Below the pieces are notes generated by a model. The model ran no database searches and had not been told where the DNA came from. It saw only the letters and a list, made by a program, of their open reading frames with translations. Position numbers and translations under genes: made by a program. Of a DNA stretch of 64,000 nucleotides, positions 1 to 9,414 are shown piece after piece. Origin of the DNA: Bacteroidaceae bacterium (GTDB lineage Bacteria; Bacteroidota; Bacteroidia; Bacteroidales; Barnesiellaceae_A); assembly GCA_017935645.1 (NCBI GenBank), contig JAGBHF010000089.1, positions 914 to 64,913 of the forward strand. The letters run 5' to 3'. Every line of letters starts with the position of its first letter. Position 1 is the stretch's first letter.

Positions 1-9
1 ATCGAATTA

Positions 10-1848
10 TCACTTCACACACTTAGCAACAATGCTATCCTGTGCAGTACATGCTTTTACGACAACAATGCCATGATTATTATCAAGTTCTACCATATGA
101 GTGTTGCAATGAGGTTGAGCCACATATAACAATTGGCCACCGACACTCCACACCTCAACACTTTGCAGGGCTTCGACAGCAACAACCTCAATGCCACGGG
201 CTGTTGTTTTCACAACAATATTGTTATCATCAGCTACTTTATTTACGGCCTGAGTCCAAGTCGGTATAACCTGACAAACATTGACAATCTCACCGGTCTC
301 TATCTCGGTAATGGCAGCAATAACCTTTACCATGTCGTAGCGTTGCACCTCGGGCAAATCGATGGTATATGCAACTGTCATAGGAGTGTGACGAGGTGTA
401 CCGGCTGTAAAGGCTGTAGAGTCACCTTGGAATGAGGGATATACCATGCGACCCACATTGGCAAAGAAATATTCGCCGGCAGGTATGGGGTCGGGCAAGT
501 TTTCGTAACCACCCATCTCGGTTGTACCACCGCCATAGGCGTTTGCCTGTTCATATCCGGTTACACTATCCTCCACGATGATATACAACAATCCGTATTC
601 GCCCTCAGCGATTACTTTACCAAACTCTACGGTAGCTTCTACCTCAAGTTGATTGTTGGCATTATATACAGCAGTAGTCTGTATCTTACCTATCGAACCT
701 CGATTCATCGCAATATTCATGAGCGAATCGGCATCATAATAGGGGTCGCCCACCAAGTCAAAGTTTCTATCAAATACCGAGTTGGGGAAGCTACCTTGGA
801 AATATGGATATGCACCTACATAATAAGGCACGTTCATCATGGGGTCGCTACCATGCACTGCAACATCGACCAATCGACCGGGATATCTCTCGTGCAACAA
901 CTCCATTCCATACGCACCACGAGGACACCACATACACCATGTACCTGTACCCTCCTCTACCAATACCAAGCGTTGGAAACAAGTAATACTGCACTCCGAC
1001 TCAATTACATCGCTACCGCCCAATGTACTTATACGCAACGTATAGTCACAGGTATTATCAAGAGGAACGTCAATAGCCACATCAAAAGCAAATGTAGCCA
1101 CACTATCGGCTGTCACAATATCGGTACTGCGGTCGATAATGCTTGTTTGACTATTGTAGGTAAGTTCTACAACATATCCCTCTACGGGCATAAATCCCGA
1201 TGAGGTAATCTCGCCCGACACATATACCGCACCGGGGGTAGCAATGGCCTCGGGGGTGGTATTGGTGAATGTAAAACTGTGCTCATAAGCAAAAACATTG
1301 ATATCGTCAACAGCCAAGATATTACAGTTGGTACTATTGTTGACAAAGGCCACATATATATCCTTGCCTACCCAGTCGGCCAACGAAACAGCATGTTGTT
1401 GCCATTGGTTGCTCTCGGCAGCCACTTCATATACAGGTGCATCCGAGAAGTCTTCGGGAGTATTACCCTTGGTGCTGATATACACAGCATAGCCATCGGG
1501 GTGCGACATATCGAGTGCATATGCACGCCACGACAAGATATTGCGAACATCATCGACCTTGATAGCCGGTGTAACCAACCAGTCGTTCGACTGTCCGGGA
1601 GTTTTATACCACGAGCCACTATAGGCAGCTGTGTTGTTATCCACCTCGTCGGTATAAGTCGCCCAAGCCACCCCTTCGGTGATACCGTAGCTCTTCATGC
1701 TACGCGAAGGTTCATTACCGTCAAGGTCATAAGTTGCAAAATCCGAGGGCATCCCCTTCTCAAAGTCACACGAAAACACTATTGTTTGTGCTTGTGAGGC
1801 AATCGCCACACACATAAGGAGCGTTGCCAATATATTTATCTTTTTCAT
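10..1848 (-). CDS. T9SS-sorted secreted protein: choice-of-anchor-J-like N-terminal domain, thioredoxin/Omp28-like CxxC module, T9SS C-terminal sorting domain
   Basis: 612-aa ORF with signal peptide MKKINILATLLMCVAIASQAQ. 'QSNDWLVTPAI' block is typical of choice-of-anchor J domains. 'LVEEGTGTWCMWCPRG' is a CxxC block like Omp28-related/thioredoxin-fold Bacteroidota proteins (from memory). Beta-rich tail '...VEVWSVGGQLLYV...GIVVVKACTAQDSIVAKCVK' resembles a type-A T9SS CTD. Confidence 0.75.
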   Translation of the reverse strand: MKKINILATLLMCVAIASQAQTIVFSCDFEKGMPSDFATYDLDGNEPSRSMKSYGITEGVAWATYTDEVDNNTAAYSGSWYKTPGQSNDWLVTPAIKVDDVRNILSWRAYALDMSHPDGYAVYISTKGNTPEDFSDAPVYEVAAESNQWQQHAVSLADWVGKDIYVAFVNNSTNCNILAVDDINVFAYEHSFTFTNTTPEAIATPGAVYVSGEITSSGFMPVEGYVVELTYNSQTSIIDRSTDIVTADSVATFAFDVAIDVPLDNTCDYTLRISTLGGSDVIESECSITCFQRLVLVEEGTGTWCMWCPRGAYGMELLHERYPGRLVDVAVHGSDPMMNVPYYVGAYPYFQGSFPNSVFDRNFDLVGDPYYDADSLMNIAMNRGSIGKIQTTAVYNANNQLEVEATVEFGKVIAEGEYGLLYIIVEDSVTGYEQANAYGGGTTEMGGYENLPDPIPAGEYFFANVGRMVYPSFQGDSTAFTAGTPRHTPMTVAYTIDLPEVQRYDMVKVIAAITEIETGEIVNVCQVIPTWTQAVNKVADDNNIVVKTTARGIEVVAVEALQSVEVWSVGGQLLYVAQPHCNTHMVELDNNHGIVVVKACTAQDSIVAKCVK

Positions 1849-1862
1849 ATCTATTTACACTA

Positions 1863-4800
1863 TTACTTGATGATTACTTTCTCAACATACCACACTCCAT
1901 CGACACGAGCTCGCAACATATACAAGCCGGCAGGACAAGAAGCCACCGACATCTTAGCGGTGTGAGCTTGATGTGCTACCAAAACGCCATCGGCAGTATA
2001 GAGCATCACCTCTTGAGCCTCACATGTCAAGTACAATTCATCACCCAACAATGTTGTTGTGAACTCTTCGGTTATCACGCCCTCAATAGCGGTCTTGTCG
2101 AGTGTTACAACGTTGGTATATGTGCGTTCCGACTCTTTGTTATTTGCATAAACCGCTGTAACAGCATAAGTATATTCACCGTCGGGAAGTGTAAGCCAAG
2201 CATCATCGGCACAAGCCAAGTTGCCAAGATTATTGAATACAACTTCGCTCATTGCAGCAGCATTTTCACGATATACGTTATAGGTCACTGCAGGAGCTTC
2301 ATCACCGGCAAGAGCCACTCCCTTATATCCCAAGAAGAAGTTCTCACAGAAATCATCACCGAGAGTCTCTACATACTCCATTTTAGCCTCTACAAGATAA
2401 TCCTCGATATAGGCGTTAAATTGAGGCACAAACGGATGTTCGGGAGTATTAATAGTTGTCACAATATCGAGAAATCCTTCATCGGTACTCAAACCAATAA
2501 AACAGCCATTGGGAGCATATACATCTTTGCTAAATGTATATTCGGTAGGATTAAACTGCACATTGGGAGCATCTTCGTCAACATAAAGTTCTTTATCGGT
2601 TACATTGCCATTCTCATCAAGAGCCAACACTACAACATTGATTGTCTCGTCGGTGCTAAGTAAGAACCATTCAATACTCTTGAGAATTACCGGCTCATGG
2701 CATACAATACCGATGAGCGTACCGAAAGTACCGTCAGAAGCACCAAATGTGTAAGAAATCTGTCCACTATGTAGCGATACCGAGTCTTCTACTCCCGACT
2801 TCGACCACTCAACATACATCTTATTCTCTTCCTTATTGTAGGTCGCTTGGGCTATCGCAGGCGACAAAATATCATCTTTGAGCACGGCATCAATGGTTAC
2901 ATCGGCATCAATACTCTTGATATCCTCACTTACTGCAACATAAAAGTCCTTCGATACAGTGTGGGTATAGGTTGTCTCGGCCTCATAAACATTGGCTATG
3001 CTGTATGAGCCATCGTCGGCAGTATTGACCATGTAGTTGTTGTAACCCTCAACCTTTACTTGCGCATTGGCAAGAGGCTCACCATATTCATTGTGTACTT
3101 TACCCGATACGGTATAAGCCTTGCGCTTGACAACATCCAACTCTACATTTACATCTTTCAGAGCCACAACAGTAATGGTTTGGGGCAGGCTCTTATATCC
3201 CATTTTGTTACTGTTTATTGTATAGATACCACCGGGCACATTGGGAATCTCAAAGAAACCGCGTTCATCGGTATATGCACCGAACTCCGTACCTTCGAGG
3301 CTCACATATACATCGGGTACGGGAGTAGAACTATCATCCCACACATCGCCACGTATATTACCATCGCCATTAACAGCCATTTCGACACTATATATAGCCA
3401 GGTAGTTACCACCACTCGATGTACATTTTATACACATCGAATATACACCTGCCGGCACGCTGTCTATATCTACACGATACATATCATACTGTGCTACATC
3501 AAATGTTTCGCCCACTTTAATGGCAGTAGCAAGATTATAATTCTGAATAAGATATACACCGAATTGTTCAGGCTGTTCGGCATTGGCCGGAGCAGCTTCC
3601 ACAACTATTTTATAGGGCGTATTACCCTCAAAATTGATAGGAGGAGATATAAGCCAATCATTGGCTTGTTGCATAGTATAGGTTTGATAATAGTAGGCGC
3701 CAAAATTATAGTTTTCATCATAATTCCAGAAGAATGAAATACCATCACCATTGGCATCACCAACCGACCAGAGGTCGGCCTCGGACGAGTCATTAACATC
3801 GAAGTTAGAGAAACACGGCATCGAACGAGCCGGGCCATTAACAATATTACCGCTGGTTGTTACACCACCTATACCATCATCATTGTATGACTCGACAGCA
3901 TAGCGATAAGTACCCAATTCGGTAATAGTATTATCTACAAACGAAGTTTCGGCAAAGTCATTGGCCAGGACAACATTATCCGAGACACGAGTAACTTTAT
4001 AACGCAAAGATGCAGTATCTATATAACCGCCATTGACACCACGTGTTGTAGCATCCCACGACAGCGTTATAGAGTTAGGAGTAGTTCTTTCGAGACGCAA
4101 ACCACTTACCGCAGCAGGAACGTCGTGACCTATATAAGCCGACACCGTACGCAACTCGCCGGCACCGGCCTCATTGACAGCTTGCACCATATAGGTATAT
4201 ACTCCGGCCTCCTCGACGGTATCACTCCACGTCATAGCTTCACCGGGAGTGGCATCGGTAAGAGTAGCCACCAATACACCATTGCGCGATATTTCGACTC
4301 GCTCTATAGTAGAGAGCAGAGTTTCATCTATACGGGTAGTAGGACAAGTCCAACTCAACTCCACATTCAGTTCACCACCGGCATGAGGAGTCATTTTCAA
4401 ATCGGTCACAAAAGAGGGTGCCAAAGAAGTGTACAAAGAATAGGGTACGTGAAGGCCTATCACTTGATGCTCCTCTTTACCACCTATTGCGCCCAACATG
4501 GTTGTCGAGCCGGTAGTAACATCAAGTGTATACAATACGCCCATGCGCTTGGTATCGGCATATGCCCAATAAACAATACCCGTTTCGCGGTCGAAGTCCA
4601 TCGACTGACGATAGAACGGAGAGAGTCCTGTATCAACGACATCGGTAATCTCACCGGTAGTCTTGTCAATCTTACACAACATACCCTCGCCATCAACACC
4701 ATACATTTCGCCTAAGGCATTTATCGCCAAGGCATATATATGACGGCCCAAGTTCTTATTGATATAAGATTGTTTTCCATTAGTCAGATCGACCGTAAGC

Positions 4801-5375
4801 AAAGCCGAATTGTACATTTCAGGGTCATATTGCGAGTTGGCCACCATAAACATTTGTCGGCTTACCACATCATAACTCATTTCGAATGCTTGCAGAGGAT
4901 AATCACCCTCCAATGAACAAGTGGCAACAACCGTAACCTCTCCGGTTTCAAGGTCGACCGTACTCAAGACAGGATTGAAACCATTATCATACGCCATAAC
5001 GTAATAGTTCTCACGAGCATAAGCACCGGCAGTAGCCCAATCACTCACCGACTTGACACGTGTCACTTGAGCCGGCGAAGAGGTGTTGAACTTGACAAGA
5101 CCTCTATGAGATTCATCGCTCACATTATACTCTACAAAACCATAAATATCAAAACCTTCGGTTTCTTCAACTTTGCGGGGAGCCTGCCTGTTATCTCTTG
5201 ACACTACATGATTATTGGCTACACGAGCCTTGTTCCATTCATGTTTCATGGTAGGACGCTCATCGACCTTATCGGTCTTGTCGATAGAAGTGTGAGAAAA
5301 CTCAACCGACATCTGAGCCACTGCAATAATGTTTGCCATGAGTGCACACATTATTGCGACAGTTAATTTTTTCAT
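1863..5375 (-). CDS. Large multidomain T9SS-sorted surface protein (propeller-like repeats, FN3-like, choice-of-anchor-J-like, carboxypeptidase-regulatory-like domains, T9SS CTD)
   Basis: The track ORF extends to 5423. I prefer the internal start MKKLTVAIMCALMANIIAVAQ at 5375 because it is signal-peptide-like. Repeated 'DL(E/T)TG(E/K)..' blades, 'ANDWLISPPINF', 'GGIYTINSNKMGYKS' (CarboxypepD_reg-like), C-terminal '...LYTADGVLVA...GLYMLRARVDGVWYVEKVIIK'. Only 14 nt to the downstream gene, so probably an operon. Confidence 0.7.
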   Translation of the reverse strand: MKKLTVAIMCALMANIIAVAQMSVEFSHTSIDKTDKVDERPTMKHEWNKARVANNHVVSRDNRQAPRKVEETEGFDIYGFVEYNVSDESHRGLVKFNTSSPAQVTRVKSVSDWATAGAYARENYYVMAYDNGFNPVLSTVDLETGEVTVVATCSLEGDYPLQAFEMSYDVVSRQMFMVANSQYDPEMYNSALLTVDLTNGKQSYINKNLGRHIYALAINALGEMYGVDGEGMLCKIDKTTGEITDVVDTGLSPFYRQSMDFDRETGIVYWAYADTKRMGVLYTLDVTTGSTTMLGAIGGKEEHQVIGLHVPYSLYTSLAPSFVTDLKMTPHAGGELNVELSWTCPTTRIDETLLSTIERVEISRNGVLVATLTDATPGEAMTWSDTVEEAGVYTYMVQAVNEAGAGELRTVSAYIGHDVPAAVSGLRLERTTPNSITLSWDATTRGVNGGYIDTASLRYKVTRVSDNVVLANDFAETSFVDNTITELGTYRYAVESYNDDGIGGVTTSGNIVNGPARSMPCFSNFDVNDSSEADLWSVGDANGDGISFFWNYDENYNFGAYYYQTYTMQQANDWLISPPINFEGNTPYKIVVEAAPANAEQPEQFGVYLIQNYNLATAIKVGETFDVAQYDMYRVDIDSVPAGVYSMCIKCTSSGGNYLAIYSVEMAVNGDGNIRGDVWDDSSTPVPDVYVSLEGTEFGAYTDERGFFEIPNVPGGIYTINSNKMGYKSLPQTITVVALKDVNVELDVVKRKAYTVSGKVHNEYGEPLANAQVKVEGYNNYMVNTADDGSYSIANVYEAETTYTHTVSKDFYVAVSEDIKSIDADVTIDAVLKDDILSPAIAQATYNKEENKMYVEWSKSGVEDSVSLHSGQISYTFGASDGTFGTLIGIVCHEPVILKSIEWFLLSTDETINVVVLALDENGNVTDKELYVDEDAPNVQFNPTEYTFSKDVYAPNGCFIGLSTDEGFLDIVTTINTPEHPFVPQFNAYIEDYLVEAKMEYVETLGDDFCENFFLGYKGVALAGDEAPAVTYNVYRENAAAMSEVVFNNLGNLACADDAWLTLPDGEYTYAVTAVYANNKESERTYTNVVTLDKTAIEGVITEEFTTTLLGDELYLTCEAQEVMLYTADGVLVAHQAHTAKMSVASCPAGLYMLRARVDGVWYVEKVIIK

Positions 5376-5420
5376 TTTTAATGGTATTATAAATTTTACA
5401 TTATTACAATCTGTAATGCG

Positions 5421-5428
5421 CAAAGATA
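5421..5428 (-). promoter_or_regulatory. Candidate Bacteroidota -7 promoter box (TAtcTTTG on minus strand) for the 1863-5375 / 10-1848 operon
   Basis: Plus strand reads CAAAGATA, the reverse complement of TAnnTTTG, 46 nt upstream of the ATG at 5375. Confidence 0.45.
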
Positions 5429-5501
5429 TAAATTTTTATTTCATTAATATATTTACACATTAAAAAAATCCAACATCTTCTTATACAGTTATATATAACT
5501 C

Positions 5502-5542
5502 AAAAAAAGACCGACATTCGTGCGCAAGCACGATTGCCGGTC
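5502..5542 (-). terminator. Rho-independent terminator downstream of rubredoxin
   Basis: Minus strand: GACCGGCAATCGTGC-TTGC-GCACGAATGTCGGTC (about 15-bp stem with one mismatch and one G:U) followed by TTTTTTT. Confidence 0.7.
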
Positions 5543-5567
5543 GATATTGTCTATAAAGTTATGGCTC

Positions 5568-5732
5568 TTATTCTTCAACTGGCGAGAAGTCCTCTTTACC
5601 TACTCCACACAAGGGGCAAACCCAATCCTCGGGGAGATCTTCAAATGCTACACCGGGAGCTATATCGCCATCATTGTCACCAATTGCAGGGTCGTAAATC
5701 CAACCGCATACATCACAAATATATTTTTTCAT
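5568..5732 (-). CDS. Rubredoxin (54 aa; not in the supplied ORF track)
   Basis: Hand translation of the minus strand gives [54 protein letters not shown]. It has the two canonical CxxCG / CPxCG iron-binding knuckles and rubredoxin spacing, plus its own -7 box and terminator. Confidence 0.9.
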   Translation of the reverse strand: MKKYICDVCGWIYDPAIGDNDGDIAPGVAFEDLPEDWVCPLCGVGKEDFSPVEE

Positions 5733-5775
5733 ATCATCTTTTTATTTTAGGGTTAATATTGTTTTTTCTTTGATG

Positions 5776-5783
5776 CAAATATA
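5776..5783 (-). promoter_or_regulatory. Candidate -7 promoter box for rubredoxin
   Basis: Plus strand CAAATATA, the reverse complement of TAtaTTTG, about 45 nt upstream of the rubredoxin ATG and abutting the stop of the upstream nuclease gene. Confidence 0.4.
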
Positions 5784-7565
5784 TCACTCATTACACAAAA
5801 CTGCAACTTTTAGACAAGAAAATCTTAAATTATTAACAATTTTTGTAATATAAACACCATTATTTTTAACATTTGCAAAAATCACACCATTATCAACCAC
5901 TCCTTGATAGCACAACACACCTTGCATATCGTACAAAAAGACACGACTACCAATAGGTAAGTTATAAAATGCTATTGTGTGCCTACTTACCGTATATCGA
6001 ATATCACTCTCATTCAACATCGACACCGACGCGGGGTACTGTTGGGTTGTAACCGTAACAGGCTCGGACCATGCCGAACGACAATCGCCCATGACCGAGC
6101 GCACACGGATATTGTAAGTGGTATTGCCCCGTAAGTTCTCCAACATCGCATAAGGCTCATTCACGCTCATTAAGTCTATTACCGGCACCTCTTCAAGTGA
6201 TCCGTATGTTACAACAACATCGTCAATGGCCATGTTACCTTTACTCTTGTTATAAGTAAAACGGAAGGCTCTCACATTATCCGATACGTCAAAGACAAAA
6301 TCGATATTTTTCTTAGTTGTATTGACATATTCAATAGTTTGCAATGTAAGCCATGAGCCATCCTTCATATATTCGACAAGTAACGACGAACCGGTTGCTG
6401 TCGATGCAAAACGATACATGAACGACATGGCAGTAACAGGAGCTTCATACTCGGGTGTTTCAATATATTCGCCACTATTTTTCAGTGCTACCGACGGAGC
6501 CGAAATTCCCGAGCCGGCTTCAGATGTATAGTTACCCGACGCATTACCCGACCAACCCGCGGGGAGTGGCTTGCCATTGGTCGAAACCTCATCAAACCCC
6601 TCACTGACGGTAACAGGAGCTACACCTTGGGTAGTTGTACAATTGACCTCATACGCCTCAGCCGCAGATACTTCGCTCCAACTACACTCAATTTTGTTGT
6701 ACGACAATTCATCGATACTTATATCTACAGGAGCTACCAGCACATCGGTAGTAAAAGCACACCCTATACTGTCGCCCCACAAGTACTCGGCCAACAGAGG
6801 AAAGTCGATAAATGGATTTCTATTTTTTTGCACACTATATACCACCTCGTTTCTATCTATCTCCTTGACACTCACCGGATCCAATCGATGCCAATCCATA
6901 AGTAATTCGCGAGCATACTCGTTGAGCGTAGGATAAGCCTCGGTATTAAACATGTTGACACCATTCGACTGCCAAGTATAATCTTGATAGCATGTAACTA
7001 CATACATATACATACGGGCAAAGTCGCCTTTGTAATCATCATGAGGCTCAAACACCGAATGAATAACATCGCCAATGCGAGCCTTGCCCGACTTAGAAAC
7101 ACCGTTGTCGAGGGTGGGTTTATCGATACTTTCGTCTACTACACCCAATATGCGATTACCCTTAGACATATTGGCCGAGGCATCGGCAGGAACAAGATGA
7201 TGCAGGTCGAAAGAGGCATCATAGATGAATGAACTCTCTTCACCCCACCAACTTTTGGGTACACAATGCTCGATGTGCATATCGGGATGTGAACCCGACT
7301 CGGGGAAATAACGCACTACAGCCGAGTACATATCCCATATAGAGCCATCGGCTCGCACATCGCTGGTGCGAAACACCTCCCAAGTACCATTGGAGCCATA
7401 CTCAATGCGTGTGTGGGGCGCGATAATCGCATGCATTGCAGCCTTTAACTCGGCATCTTTCTTGCCCTCAGCTTTATCATAATAGCCGACCGGAATATCG
7501 GCATACATGATAAGGGTTGATAACAGCATCAAGAATAGAGAGGAGAATCGCATGGGTACAATCAT
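5784..7565 (-). CDS. Secreted endonuclease I family nuclease with FN3-like and beta-sandwich modules and T9SS CTD
   Basis: 'HIEHCVPKSWWG', 'GNRILG', 'KGDFARMYMYV' and 'NRNPFIDFPLLAEYLWG' match endonuclease I (EndA/Vvn-type) blocks. C-terminus '...SRVFLYDMQGVLCYQG...GVYITKIV' is T9SS-CTD-like. Start moved to MIVPMRFSSLFLML (7565; 7553 is also possible) because the track start overlaps the upstream gene. Confidence 0.8.
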   Translation of the reverse strand: MIVPMRFSSLFLMLLSTLIMYADIPVGYYDKAEGKKDAELKAAMHAIIAPHTRIEYGSNGTWEVFRTSDVRADGSIWDMYSAVVRYFPESGSHPDMHIEHCVPKSWWGEESSFIYDASFDLHHLVPADASANMSKGNRILGVVDESIDKPTLDNGVSKSGKARIGDVIHSVFEPHDDYKGDFARMYMYVVTCYQDYTWQSNGVNMFNTEAYPTLNEYARELLMDWHRLDPVSVKEIDRNEVVYSVQKNRNPFIDFPLLAEYLWGDSIGCAFTTDVLVAPVDISIDELSYNKIECSWSEVSAAEAYEVNCTTTQGVAPVTVSEGFDEVSTNGKPLPAGWSGNASGNYTSEAGSGISAPSVALKNSGEYIETPEYEAPVTAMSFMYRFASTATGSSLLVEYMKDGSWLTLQTIEYVNTTKKNIDFVFDVSDNVRAFRFTYNKSKGNMAIDDVVVTYGSLEEVPVIDLMSVNEPYAMLENLRGNTTYNIRVRSVMGDCRSAWSEPVTVTTQQYPASVSMLNESDIRYTVSRHTIAFYNLPIGSRVFLYDMQGVLCYQGVVDNGVIFANVKNNGVYITKIVNNLRFSCLKVAVLCNE

Positions 7566-7579
7566 TTTGATTTCTACAA

Positions 7580-9310
7580 TTAGTATACAGCTACACGAGT
7601 GGCATAGCATCCTTGTTCACACACAATTTGCACGATATATACTCCGGCACGATGCATAGGAATAGCCTCACGGGTAGCATGCACGGTGTGAGTATCACAC
7701 AAAGTACCGTCGAGCGAATAACAATTGATGCGAGCATGGATAGGTGCGTCATCGACATATACCACTCCATTATAAGCATACACAAACACTCCTTGAGGTA
7801 TATCGGACTCGACACTGTTCAAGGCTGTAGCAATGGGCACTGATATGGTGTTGGAAACCTCCAATTTCTCAGTGCCATTATAAGCTGTGACATTATAATA
7901 GTAATCACGGTTACTATCCAGATTATCGACTGTATAACTCAACACATTGCCTACTCGACGAGGATAGCCGTCAACCAATATTTGCGTAGCACCACCGGTT
8001 GTCAATGTAGCCGACTGAAGATATACGCGACGTGACTTCTCGGCCTTGAATGATATAGCAGATTGTGACGTAGCCGGCTCAAGAACAATCTCCTGTGTCA
8101 CTTTTCCCGAGGCACAATCGACTTGCGCAACCTCATTGCCATCGACCAAGATGTATAGTACCGAGTTGTCGGATGTCTTGTAGGGCATGCACGACACAGT
8201 AAGTGTAGCCGGCACGCTAAGATCGAGTGCCGATGTTATCACCACACCATCTTTACTGCCCGAAGCCAAGCGAACGGCATCATTCTCCTTTACGGCATAT
8301 CCCATCGTAGACCATCCCGAGGGCACTCCATCGGCAAAATCGACATCAAATAGTGTTTGTGCCTGACCCTCTCCACCGTCGTTATACCACACGGCAAGTT
8401 CATAGTCGGTGGCTTGGGGATGTCTTGTCCAATTGGCCTGAAAGCTCGTAGCAGTTATATCGGTTGCATCGACAGCCACAAACTCCTCGACAGGAGGCTG
8501 CGGAGCATCGCCCGGATTGAACGCTTCGTTGGTATTATCGCCAAATATAAGGTCAACCAACTCGGGATAATCGACAAAAGGATTGCGATTGCCTTGTCGT
8601 GAAGCATATACAGCATCGTTGCGATCAATCTCCTTCTGACTGACAGGGTCAAGTTCGTGCCAACGCAACATCATCTCACGCACCCACTCGTCGAGATAAG
8701 GGAAAGAGCCACTAAAGCCATCGCCACTCCAATTACCACACTCGGCATAATAACGGGTAGCAGCATAGAAATATATACGGGCAAAATCGCCTTTATACAC
8801 ATCATTCGGCTCAAAGACAGTACCTGAATAACCCGATGTTTTACACGTACCCAACTTTGAGAAACTATTATCGGACACATAGCTCGACGAGCCAACTTCG
8901 CCAAAGGGATAGTTGCTTCGTCGGTTGTTCACATAGCCATCGGTAGGTACAACAATGTGAGCATCGGAGTATTTTGTCCCACCTCGCCAACTCTTGGGTA
9001 TAGAGTGCTCACGATTATAACAATCGCCCTCGTCGCCATAATTACCACACTGGTCGCTACCAAATGTAAAATTGCTTGTATTCGAATACATATCCCACAC
9101 CTTGCCATCGTCACGACGGTCGGTAATCTCGTATATATCCCACAGCGCATCATAGCCGGGGTCGCTATGATTTATAATTTTGGACAAAGTTGTTTGTAGG
9201 GTTTTGCCACTCTTCCCTATGGCATCATCATAATATCCTTGTGGTATCTCGGCACATACCCCTACTGCCAATAAAATGGCCGACGATACGGTCAATAGTT
9301 TCTCTTTCAT
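7580..9310 (-). CDS. Secreted endonuclease I family nuclease (paralog) with FN3-like module and T9SS CTD
   Basis: 'NREHSIPKSWRG', 'NNRRSNYPFGEV', 'KGDFARIYFYAATRY', 'NRNPFVDYPELVDLIFG'. Signal peptide MKEKLLTVSSAILLAVGVCA. C-terminus '...INCYSLDGTLCDTHTV...GVYIVQIVCEQGCYATRVAVY'. Confidence 0.8.
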   Translation of the reverse strand: MKEKLLTVSSAILLAVGVCAEIPQGYYDDAIGKSGKTLQTTLSKIINHSDPGYDALWDIYEITDRRDDGKVWDMYSNTSNFTFGSDQCGNYGDEGDCYNREHSIPKSWRGGTKYSDAHIVVPTDGYVNNRRSNYPFGEVGSSSYVSDNSFSKLGTCKTSGYSGTVFEPNDVYKGDFARIYFYAATRYYAECGNWSGDGFSGSFPYLDEWVREMMLRWHELDPVSQKEIDRNDAVYASRQGNRNPFVDYPELVDLIFGDNTNEAFNPGDAPQPPVEEFVAVDATDITATSFQANWTRHPQATDYELAVWYNDGGEGQAQTLFDVDFADGVPSGWSTMGYAVKENDAVRLASGSKDGVVITSALDLSVPATLTVSCMPYKTSDNSVLYILVDGNEVAQVDCASGKVTQEIVLEPATSQSAISFKAEKSRRVYLQSATLTTGGATQILVDGYPRRVGNVLSYTVDNLDSNRDYYYNVTAYNGTEKLEVSNTISVPIATALNSVESDIPQGVFVYAYNGVVYVDDAPIHARINCYSLDGTLCDTHTVHATREAIPMHRAGVYIVQIVCEQGCYATRVAVY

Positions 9311-9414
9311 CGTTATTGATACTTAATTTAAAAATACACCTACATGCAAGCAATATAGGCACATTACATCTATAGGTTTAACCAACAACATATAAGACAT
9401 GCATTGCATATCAC

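Noticed and set aside
5520-5773. Two overlapping plus-strand ORFs (76 and 79 aa) listed in the track.
   Set aside because: The opposite strand encodes a canonical rubredoxin with its own promoter box and terminator. The plus-strand translations have no motifs.
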